A stretch of DNA of 64,000 bases from positions 5,151 to 69,150 of the forward strand of contig JAFXQI010000086.1 in NCBI GenBank assembly GCA_017527155.1. The letters are read 5' to 3'. The notes below the pieces were generated by a model. The model ran no database searches. It saw only the letters and a list, made by a program, of their open reading frames with translations, and had not been told where the DNA came from. Positions 24,639 to 32,853 of the stretch are shown piece by piece (position 1 is the first letter of the stretch; every line of letters begins with the position of its first letter). The DNA is from Kiritimatiellia bacterium. GTDB lineage: Bacteria > Verrucomicrobiota > Kiritimatiellia > CAIQIC01 > Lenti-01. The translations under genes were made by a program, and so were the position numbers.

Positions 24639-25678
24639 TTGAGTTCAACTGCCCGAATTGCAACGAAAAATTCGAAGTCGACGACGAGCTCGCCGGCGCA
24701 ATCGTCGAATGTTCCGCATGCGACTTCCAATTCACCGTTCCCGGGAGGGGCGAATCCGATTCTCCTTCTTGTCCCGAAAGCACGCCTGAACAACCTCCCG
24801 ACGACGCGGCGGCCGGGCTGATGGAACATGGAACCCTCGTGTTTTCCTGCCCGAATTGCCATGACCGTCTTGAATGCAGCGCCGAACTGGTGGGAGTCCG
24901 TGTCGCTTGCGCCCGTTGCGATTACCATTTCATCGTGCCGCCACCGAATGCGAACGACAGTGCGCCCGATGCCTTGCCCGACGAGATACCTCCTCCAGAG
25001 GCCCCTGCGGATTCTTCCCCGGACATGGAGACCTCCCCCCCGCCCCCCCTCCCTGCCGCGGAAGAAAGAGCCGCACCTTCGGGAAAACTGGATTTGTCCG
25101 CGGAGTTCCCGGAGTGCGCCGATCCGCCGACCAATTCCGGGGAGGCGAGGTCTGCTCCGATCGATAGGACCGCACAGGCTCCCGCCGTCCCGATGCCAAC
25201 GGGGAGGCTTTCGCCCCGCCAACGGCGGCTGGTGTCGGATTTCCGGATGATGAGGGAACGGTTCACCGCCTTCCCCTTGATTCATCTGGAACATGTCCAG
25301 GGCAACCCACCGGAAATGTACGTCGTCTCCTACCGCATACGCGGCATCGAGCGCCTTCGCGGCGACCAAGTCGTATACCGTGATTACCACGAAGTCGAAA
25401 TCAAGCTCCCCGGAACCTATCCCCGGACGCCGCCGACGTGCCGGATGCTCACCCCGGTCTTCCACCCGAACATCGAGCCGGCCATCATCTGCATCGGCGA
25501 CCACTGGACCGCTTCCGAACGGCTCTGCGACCTGGTGGTCAGGATTGGAGAGATGATTGCCTACCAATCGCACAACATCAAGAGTCCTCTCGACGGCGAA
25601 GCCGCCATGTGGACGGACCTCCACGGCGACATGCTCCCCATCGACAGCCGGGATTTGACCCCGCCGGAAGACGGGTGA
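24635..25678 (+). CDS. E2 ubiquitin-conjugating (UBC) enzyme with two N-terminal zinc ribbons
   Basis: RRLVSDF, YPRTPP, FHPNI, catalytic Cys in IICIGDHW; ATGA coupling to the RING gene. Confidence 0.92.
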   Translation: MIEFNCPNCNEKFEVDDELAGAIVECSACDFQFTVPGRGESDSPSCPESTPEQPPDDAAAGLMEHGTLVFSCPNCHDRLECSAELVGVRVACARCDYHFIVPPPNANDSAPDALPDEIPPPEAPADSSPDMETSPPPPLPAAEERAAPSGKLDLSAEFPECADPPTNSGEARSAPIDRTAQAPAVPMPTGRLSPRQRRLVSDFRMMRERFTAFPLIHLEHVQGNPPEMYVVSYRIRGIERLRGDQVVYRDYHEVEIKLPGTYPRTPPTCRMLTPVFHPNIEPAIICIGDHWTASERLCDLVVRIGEMIAYQSHNIKSPLDGEAAMWTDLHGDMLPIDSRDLTPPEDG

Positions 25679-25723
25679 CGCCATCGGCTTTCCCGGAAAC
25701 AAACCACGCGCAAGGAGAACGAC

Positions 25724-28021
25724 GTGAACGACCAAGAAAAACCCATCCGCATCACTCCGATCGGAAAACCCGCCGCCCCTGCCGTGGATAGCAGAAAATT
25801 GAGGGTGATTGCACGGCCGGCATCAACTCCGGAAAACCGATTGCAAGGCCAACCGGAACCGGTCGGCGGACAAAGCGGGGAGAGCGCGTCGACCGGCCAC
25901 CCCGGGATGGAACCCATCGGGATGACGCCGCATGGCGTCGGGCCGGAGAAGGGGAAATCCGGCATTCGGACATGGGTGTGGATTCTGCTGGTGGTGCTGC
26001 TTGTTGCCGCCGGGGGCGTGGGATGGTGGTTCATGGCCGGGAAAGACGGCGGAGACGATGGGGCGGAGGATACCGCCGGAAGCCCCCCGGCCCCCTCGCC
26101 CATGTATCCAACCGATCCCCCGCAATCTCAGGAAGGAGGCAGGCAACGGAATGCGGTTGCCGTGAATCCCGTCCTGCAAGAGCGCTCGTTGGTCACCTAC
26201 TCCTTGGAGTTCGGGGGCCGCGTACCTCCTGAATGCTGTTCATTCACCGTGACGAACAGCGGCATCAAAAGCACTTTGCCGATTGATACGCTTGGGGGCA
26301 ATCCAGTGTACTTCCTGAGCGATATGGATGTCTTGTGGAAATACCGCGTTTCCGGTTCCGGAAACGAATATATCTTTTCAACCATGGTGGGCAAGTATTC
26401 CAAAGCCGACACCCCCATCTATTTCTCCCTGCTCAGGGATGCGGTGGCACGCAAGACGCGGGGCACGACCCTTGCAAAAAAAACGGATGTCCTCTGCGAA
26501 AATGCCTGGCTCGGAAGCCGCCGTTATCCTGCACCCGCCGTCATGGCATACACCAATCATTCCACGCGGTTCCTTTATCTCAACGACACCGGAAACCCCT
26601 CCGTCCTGGAATGGGGGGAAACCATGAAATACTGGTTCTGGTGCCATGAAGGAGCGGAAGCGTTGGCCGAGTACGCGGGGAGTCTGCGGAAATTGAAACA
26701 GACATTGATCGACTACTCCAACATCGCCCGCGAGGAAGGATTGCGGCAATACAACAGGGCCATCACCATCGATGATCCCCCCGTGTTCCACATCGGGCAG
26801 CTGGACGAGGGCACGCGGGAGCCAGTCGAGGTCGAATACGAGTTCGTGGTCGAAAACGGAATCTCCATGGCAAAAGAGATCTCGAAATGCGGAAGCGGAA
26901 CCTATTCGAGGCGTTGGACATTGGAAGCATTGGAGGATGAATTGGATTTCTTCTCCCGCTTTGAAACGGCTGAATCCACGGAAAAGGCTTTCGAACCGTT
27001 GTATTGCTATCTGACGCAAATGAAAATCCTCTTCGAGGAGGCTGCCCTGGAGGTGGACCGGGTGGAGAACCGGTTCGAGGGAGGCGGGCAGGGAAACAAC
27101 CCCGGCAAGAAAGATCAACAGTTGACCTTCGCCCCTGTCGGCCCACAAACCACGACATCGCGCGTCAACCTCTCGGCGACGGCGGACAGTGGCGGGAAAG
27201 TGGTGTTTTCGGTGGATTCCGGCCCGGGAAAGATTGATGGCGACACGCTCACATTCACGGGGACCGGGGAAGTCGTGGTCCGTGCCCGGCAGTGGGGCGA
27301 CGAGACATGGCATTCCGCGACGGCTACACAGACCATCGAGGTGAATAGGGATCCCGTCCCCGCGGTCAGTCCCGAAAGGAAAACACAGTCCGACGGTTCC
27401 GGGACAACAAATGCCGCACAGTCCGGGGCCCGACTCCCTGGGGAGAGAACGACTGGGACCCACCGCCCGGCGACCTCCACGCCTCCGCCGGAACTGGCGG
27501 GCATGAAGGCCGCCCTTGAAGCATTGCAAGGTTCGCAGACACCACCCAATCTCGCGAAAGTGGAAAACGAATGGAAGGCTCTCTCCGGAAAATGGAAGTC
27601 CGCCTTGCAGAAGAACGTGATGTGGGCCAGCTGCGCGATATTCCTGCAACATGGCAACACGACGGCGCTGGCAAAGCGCAAGGCATTCTTGGACGCCCAG
27701 GCGCTGGCCAGTGCCGTGTCGGACAAATGCCGCGCCTGCAACGGGACGGGCCACAACAAGGATCGATGCCGCGAATGTTCGGGAACCGGGCGTTGTTCCT
27801 TCTGCCATGGGAGCGGACGTACCCCGGGTCTGAACGGCCGCACGGGGCCTTGTCCGAAATGCAACAGCTCGGGACGCTGTCTCGCTTGCTCGGGTGGCAT
27901 CAAGGAGTCCTCATGCCGGATGTGTTCGGGGTCGGGACGGACATTGTCGGCAACCAAATGCCAGAAAGTCGTGGATGACAACATCGCCCAGGCAATCCGC
28001 ATCTGCCGAGGAGAAGAATAA
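25724..28021 (+). CDS. Membrane-anchored protein with Ig-like module and C-terminal DnaJ-type CxxCxGxG zinc-finger repeats
   Basis: AAGGAG RBS, GTG start; TM WVWILLVVLLVAAGGVGWWFM; beta-rich module QLTFAPVG...TQTIEV; six CxxCxGxG-like repeats. Confidence 0.8.
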   Translation: MNDQEKPIRITPIGKPAAPAVDSRKLRVIARPASTPENRLQGQPEPVGGQSGESASTGHPGMEPIGMTPHGVGPEKGKSGIRTWVWILLVVLLVAAGGVGWWFMAGKDGGDDGAEDTAGSPPAPSPMYPTDPPQSQEGGRQRNAVAVNPVLQERSLVTYSLEFGGRVPPECCSFTVTNSGIKSTLPIDTLGGNPVYFLSDMDVLWKYRVSGSGNEYIFSTMVGKYSKADTPIYFSLLRDAVARKTRGTTLAKKTDVLCENAWLGSRRYPAPAVMAYTNHSTRFLYLNDTGNPSVLEWGETMKYWFWCHEGAEALAEYAGSLRKLKQTLIDYSNIAREEGLRQYNRAITIDDPPVFHIGQLDEGTREPVEVEYEFVVENGISMAKEISKCGSGTYSRRWTLEALEDELDFFSRFETAESTEKAFEPLYCYLTQMKILFEEAALEVDRVENRFEGGGQGNNPGKKDQQLTFAPVGPQTTTSRVNLSATADSGGKVVFSVDSGPGKIDGDTLTFTGTGEVVVRARQWGDETWHSATATQTIEVNRDPVPAVSPERKTQSDGSGTTNAAQSGARLPGERTTGTHRPATSTPPPELAGMKAALEALQGSQTPPNLAKVENEWKALSGKWKSALQKNVMWASCAIFLQHGNTTALAKRKAFLDAQALASAVSDKCRACNGTGHNKDRCRECSGTGRCSFCHGSGRTPGLNGRTGPCPKCNSSGRCLACSGGIKESSCRMCSGSGRTLSATKCQKVVDDNIAQAIRICRGEE

Positions 28022-28187
28022 TCGTCGGCACGGAGGAAGGCAGGGGAGATATCCCCCGAAAGTTGGTGGTGCACACGGCCTTGGGGGGGGCTTCCCCGTA
28101 ACCTTCCCGCTCGGTCCCGAGAAGCAGGAGAAAGGGGGCGCACTTGATGTCAACAAGCCAAAAAACACGGAAACAAGGCGGAACACC

Positions 28188-29687
28188 ATGAAGGTACTTC
28201 ACAGCATCATTATTTGTCTGGCGCTGCTTGCAATGGGCGGGGCTTGCTCAGGAAGAGGGGACGCGGACGGGGGACGGAAACCCGAAGGCGGGGCGGCACC
28301 GGCGGCGGAGGTGCGTCTTCCGCCGGCATGGGTGGTCACCGACATGGATACCGCGGCGCAGGCGGAGGCGGGCGACGTGGATGCCATGGGGTTCGTTGCC
28401 CGGGGATACATGGAGTTGGCGACTTCAGAAAACATCGAGGCAAGCGACGAAGAGCGGCAGGCGATGTTCCGGGAAGCTATGGACTGGGTGACCCGGCGGA
28501 CCAAGATCATTGCCGACCGCGAGGGTGACGTCGAAAGCGTACGCAAGCGGGCGGAGGCGGGGGATGCCGCCGCGCAGCGGAACCTAGGGTACCGGTACAG
28601 TCTGGGCGTCGATGTCGAAAAGGACGAGTCTTTGGCGTTCGAGTGGACGAAAAAGGCCGCCGAACAGGGCGATGCCAAGGCAATGTTCAACTTGGCAAAC
28701 GATTACGCCAAGGGACAGGGCGTCGTGGCGGATGCCGCCGAGGCGCTCGGATGGTACCGCAAGGCAGCCGCGGGCTGGCGGGAGCTGGTTGCGAACGGTG
28801 GCGTTCAGGCCGGGGACTGCCAGGCGCTGGTGATTACCGGCATGGATTTGCTCGGTGAGGAGGGCGTCTCGGGGGTGCGGGCCCCCGAGCTCGGGTTGGA
28901 GTTCCTCGAAATCGCGGCCTTGGCGGGCGATGCGCCGACCCAGGCCGAGTTGGGTCTCCGGTACATGCTGGGGGGCGGAGTTCCGCAGGACATGGCGAAG
29001 GCCGCAGAATGGTGGCGGAAGGCCGCGGACGGAGGCGAGTGCCGCGCCATGCTCTGGCTCGGCACCGCGTACGAGCGCGGCGACGGGGTGGAGAAAGACG
29101 ATTGCAAGGCCAAGGAGTATTGGGAACGGAGCCATGCCGCCGGGTGGCCCGCGGCCACCGAGAAACTCCTTTCGCTCGCGGACGAGTACCGCGAAGCGGC
29201 GGAAGCGGGCGATGCGTCATCGCAGTTCTTCATGGGGGCTGCTCATGAATGCGGGTACGGGACGGAACGGGACGCGGGAGAGGCCGTCGCGTGGTACCGG
29301 AAAGCGGCGGAGCAGGGGCATCCGGGAGCGCAGGCGTTCTTGGGATATGCGCTCCTGGCGGGCGAGGGCACGGAAAAGAACGCGGAGGAAGCGGTCGCGT
29401 GGTTCCGCAAGGCCGCCGAACAGGGGAATCCCGAGGCACAGCAGAACCTCGGCCTGTGCCTGTTCTACGGCGAGGGATGCGAAGAAAACCAGGTGGAAGC
29501 GGCGGAGTGGTACCGCAAGGCGGCCGAGCAAGGGGAGGCGGGCGCCATGTTCAATCTCGGGGCCTGCTACAAGGATGGCACAGGCGTCCCCGAAGACCCC
29601 GCCGAGGCGCTTGCTTGGTTCCGTCGTGCGGCGGCGTTGGGGCATCCCCGCGCGGCCGCGGTCCTGAAGCAAATGGCGTGGGAATAG
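28188..29687 (+). CDS. Sel1-repeat (SLR) lipoprotein
   Basis: Signal with LAMGGAC; many AQxNLG..Y..G.GV..D...A..WY.KAAEQG repeats. Confidence 0.92.
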   Translation: MKVLHSIIICLALLAMGGACSGRGDADGGRKPEGGAAPAAEVRLPPAWVVTDMDTAAQAEAGDVDAMGFVARGYMELATSENIEASDEERQAMFREAMDWVTRRTKIIADREGDVESVRKRAEAGDAAAQRNLGYRYSLGVDVEKDESLAFEWTKKAAEQGDAKAMFNLANDYAKGQGVVADAAEALGWYRKAAAGWRELVANGGVQAGDCQALVITGMDLLGEEGVSGVRAPELGLEFLEIAALAGDAPTQAELGLRYMLGGGVPQDMAKAAEWWRKAADGGECRAMLWLGTAYERGDGVEKDDCKAKEYWERSHAAGWPAATEKLLSLADEYREAAEAGDASSQFFMGAAHECGYGTERDAGEAVAWYRKAAEQGHPGAQAFLGYALLAGEGTEKNAEEAVAWFRKAAEQGNPEAQQNLGLCLFYGEGCEENQVEAAEWYRKAAEQGEAGAMFNLGACYKDGTGVPEDPAEALAWFRRAAALGHPRAAAVLKQMAWE

Positions 29688-30130
29688 ATTCGGGAGAGTT
29701 GTTTCCAATCATGGAAAAACTAGATGGGGCGGAGGGGCACGCTGCGGGATGCACAATTGCAGTGCGCCAGCTGTGGTGAGCGGGACGTAGGAGGGATAGC
29801 GGCTCGCCGGGGACGGCTCGCCCCACCAGCGGGCTGGCGGGGGCTGGCCCTTTTTCTGCCGGGAATTGCCGGAATGATCTGACGGGTTTGTTTGCCATTA
29901 TGCCCTTTGTCCCTTTTGTTTCCCAATTGTTTCCCGGGAACGTGAATCGGGCGGGGTTGTCCGCCCGATGCCCTTGTGGAAGTTGTCCCGGGTTGTCCAC
30001 GTTGTCTCCAAAAAGATGGTGCCGCCCTGCGGGCTGGAAGAGGAAGGGGAGACGGGCGGGCCGCCCGCGCTCCGGCAGGGGGCGAAACGAGGGTTGCTAG
30101 GTTCTTCAAATATGTTACGATACATAGCCG

Positions 30131-30883
30131 ATGAGTTTATCTCCCGAAACAGATTTACAGAAAGCGATGCGCCTCGTCCACCAAAAGGGGGTGGTCACGG
30201 CGGCCTATCTGCGGGCTCAAGGGGTAAGCTACCAGAACATGCTCAAGTATCGGCGGGGGAAATGGCTGGCCTCCCTCGGGACGGGGGCGTTCTGCGGAAA
30301 CGGCACGGCGCCGACGCTCGATGCCGCGCTTGCCGCTCTCCGCGAACAGCTGGGAATCCCGGTCCATCTCGGCGGGAGGACGGCGCTGCTCCGCCGGGGA
30401 ATCATGCAACAGGTCCCGCTTGGCGGACGCGCGGCCGAAGTGTGCTTGCGCCGCGGCATCCGGCTTCCGAAGTGGTTTTGCGGCACATTCGCGGGCCAGT
30501 TCGTCCGCAACGCGTCGAACCTCCTTCCGGATGAGACGGGCGTGGAGCGCGGGGACGACGGGGTGGCCTTCTCCTCGCCCGAGCGCGCCTTTCTCGAAGT
30601 GGCGGCGGAGGTGCCCCAAAAAGCCTCGGTCGGCGAACTGTACCAGCTGATGGAATTCGCCGAAACGCTGCGACCGGGATTGGTCTCGGAACTGTTGTCC
30701 ACGTGCAGGTCGGTCAAGGCGAAGCGGGTTTTCCTTTTTCTCGCGGACGACCTCGGGCACTGGTGGGCGAAAAAGATCGACCGGTCGGCCATCCACCTCG
30801 GCACCGGATGCCGCGTGATCGACAAGGGCGGGGTGTTCCAGACGAAATACAACCTCGTCGTGGCCCCTTGGAGGGAAACCTGA
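30131..30883 (+). CDS. Type IV TA antitoxin, AbiEi family
   Basis: HLGGRTAL, SSPERAFLE, LRPGLVSELLSTCRSVKAKRVFLFLA, LGTGCR. Confidence 0.88.
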   Translation: MSLSPETDLQKAMRLVHQKGVVTAAYLRAQGVSYQNMLKYRRGKWLASLGTGAFCGNGTAPTLDAALAALREQLGIPVHLGGRTALLRRGIMQQVPLGGRAAEVCLRRGIRLPKWFCGTFAGQFVRNASNLLPDETGVERGDDGVAFSSPERAFLEVAAEVPQKASVGELYQLMEFAETLRPGLVSELLSTCRSVKAKRVFLFLADDLGHWWAKKIDRSAIHLGTGCRVIDKGGVFQTKYNLVVAPWRET

Positions 30884-31800
30884 TGGACAAGTCGTACCTG
30901 CGCCAGGCGGAACTGGTCGTGCGGTGCATCCCCGCGATTGCGGCGGAGGAGTGCTTCGCCCTCAAGGGGGGCACGGCCATCAACCTCTTCGAGCTCGATT
31001 TGCCACGGCTCTCCGTGGACATCGACTTGGCATTCCTGCCCGCGACGGAACGAGTGACGGCCATCGCGGAAATCGACGCGGCGCTTTCCCGGATTGCGGG
31101 ACGGTTGCAGGCGCGAGGTGTTGCCGCCCGGTTGCGCGGAACGGACGAAGCCCGGAAGATCGCCTGCTCCGCGAACGGGGCGGAGATCAAGATCGAGCCG
31201 AACTACATCCTCCGGGGCACGGTCCGCCCCGCTCGCCGGATTGAACTGTCGCCGAAAATGGCCGGGCTGGTGGGGTTGTCGGCGGAAATGACCGTCCTCT
31301 CCCGGGAAGAACTGTACGGGGGGAAGTTCTGCGCGGCCCTGGACCGGCAACATCCGCGGGACTTGTTCGACGTGGCGCAGTTTTTCAAGCGCGGGGGAAG
31401 CGTGCGGGACGTGAAAGACGGTTTTCTCGCACTGGCCATGGGACACAACCGCCCCCTGCACGAACTGCTCGCACCGCATCCGCTCAACCAGTCCGCAACG
31501 TTTGCCGTCCAGTTCGCGGGGATGAGCGACGTGCCGTTTTCCCTTGCCGAACACGAGACGGTGTTCAAGCGGCTGGTCGTGGAGATCGACGAAGCGCTCA
31601 CGCAGGAGGACCGCAGGCGTCTCGTGGCATTCACCGCGCTGGAAGCGGATGCGGACATCTTCGGGATTCCGGGGCTGGAGAAACTGCCCGCCATCCAGTG
31701 GAAGCGCCGGAATCTGGAAACACTGCGGAACCGGAACCCCCGCAAGTTCGCCGAAAACGTGAAGGCGCTGGAAGTCGTGTTGCGAACTGCGAGCACGTGA
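30883..31800 (+). CDS. Type IV TA toxin, AbiEii nucleotidyltransferase
   Basis: FALKGGTAINLF, RLSVDIDL, LYGGKFCAALDRQHPRDLFD; TGATG coupling. Confidence 0.93.
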   Translation: MDKSYLRQAELVVRCIPAIAAEECFALKGGTAINLFELDLPRLSVDIDLAFLPATERVTAIAEIDAALSRIAGRLQARGVAARLRGTDEARKIACSANGAEIKIEPNYILRGTVRPARRIELSPKMAGLVGLSAEMTVLSREELYGGKFCAALDRQHPRDLFDVAQFFKRGGSVRDVKDGFLALAMGHNRPLHELLAPHPLNQSATFAVQFAGMSDVPFSLAEHETVFKRLVVEIDEALTQEDRRRLVAFTALEADADIFGIPGLEKLPAIQWKRRNLETLRNRNPRKFAENVKALEVVLRTAST

Positions 31801-32831
31801 CGCATGAGGGAGACCAGCAGCTCAGGGGCGGGTGGAAAAGGGGTGAAATGTTTTTCCAATCGTTGGAAATAACGGGAAAAGTTTTCCAACCATTGGAAAA
31901 GTTTTTTCCAATCATTGGAAACTTGCGGCGGGACGGATTGGGCCCGGATCAGGGGGCTTTTGGGGCGGATGCCGTCGAGGGCGAAGTCGGGGAGGGCGTC
32001 GAAGACAGGAGAGAGGGAAGGTGCGAGGGGGGCGCGGCAGACGAAGTGGTAGGTGGCGGTGGCTTCGGGGTCGCGGAAAGGGATTTTCACGCGGTTGCCG
32101 GGATAGGGGCCCAGGCGGGCGGCCTGGTCGGAGTAGAAGCCGGGGAGGTCGGAGTTGGCGACGATGCGGCGGGCGGCTTCGGTGGTGCCCTGGGCGAGGA
32201 ACTCGGCGCGGGGGATCTTCCGGCGGCAGAGGGGAATCCAGAAGCCGCTGTCGCCGAAGAGGACGAAGGTCTCGCCCGCCAGGTCCGCGAAACGCAGGGT
32301 CTTGCGCCGCGCCAGGGGATGCACCGGCGGGAGGAGGACGCCGAGGTGCTCGCGCAGGAAGGCTTTCGATTGCCAGCCGCCGCCCGCCGGGGGACGGAGG
32401 AGGACGGCGGCGTCGAGGGTTCCTTCTTCGAGGGCCGCGACGAGGGGGGCGTCGGCGTCGGCAAGGCGCGATTCGACGGTCTTGCCCGGCAGGGCGCGCG
32501 CCAGCAGCGGGGCGAGGACCCACACGGGCATGGGCGCGACGGAGCCGTAGCGGAAGACACGGGCGGCGCGGTCGGCTTCGCGCACGGCCGCGGAAAGTCC
32601 GTCGAGCGCGGAGAGGACGAGGCGGGCGTGCTCGGCGGCGAGGCGCCCGAGGGGGGCGAGGACGGTGCGCCCGGCGGTGCGGTCGAAGAGGGCCGCCCCG
32701 AGTTCGCCTTCGAGTTTCTGCATGGCGCGGCTGAGGGCGGGCTGCGAGACGTGCAGCGCCTTCGCCGCCGCCGTGAAGGACCCGCACCGGCCGATTTCCG
32801 CGATGCCGCGGAGGAGGTAGGTTTCGATCAT
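31203..32831 (-). CDS. LysR family transcriptional regulator (ORF abnormally extended at C-terminus)
   Basis: GSFTAAAKALHVSQPALSRAMQKLEGELGAALFDR; substrate-binding domain ends near 31960 but no stop occurs until 31203. Confidence 0.85.
   Translation of the reverse strand: MIETYLLRGIAEIGRCGSFTAAAKALHVSQPALSRAMQKLEGELGAALFDRTAGRTVLAPLGRLAAEHARLVLSALDGLSAAVREADRAARVFRYGSVAPMPVWVLAPLLARALPGKTVESRLADADAPLVAALEEGTLDAAVLLRPPAGGGWQSKAFLREHLGVLLPPVHPLARRKTLRFADLAGETFVLFGDSGFWIPLCRRKIPRAEFLAQGTTEAARRIVANSDLPGFYSDQAARLGPYPGNRVKIPFRDPEATATYHFVCRAPLAPSLSPVFDALPDFALDGIRPKSPLIRAQSVPPQVSNDWKKLFQWLENFSRYFQRLEKHFTPFPPAPELLVSLMRHVLAVRNTTSSAFTFSANLRGFRFRSVSRFRRFHWMAGSFSSPGIPKMSASASSAVNATRRLRSSCVSASSISTTSRLNTVSCSARENGTSLIPANWTANVADWLSGCGASSSCRGRLCPMASARKPSFTSRTLPPRLKNCATSNKSRGCCRSRAAQNFPPYSSSRERTVISADNPTSPAIFGDSSIRRAGRTVPRRM
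31851..31922. repeat. Three TTTCCAA-N3-TTGGAAA palindromes
   Basis: TTTCCAATCGTTGGAAA, TTTTCCAACCATTGGAAAA, TTTCCAATCATTGGAAA; related copies at 43303-43345 and 29701-29718. Confidence 0.8.
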
Positions 32832-32853
32832 GGTGGTCTTGCTCCCGGAATGG

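Noticed and set aside
31851-31922. Possible mini-CRISPR array
   Set aside because: Only three 17-19 bp palindromes with very short spacers; no cas genes
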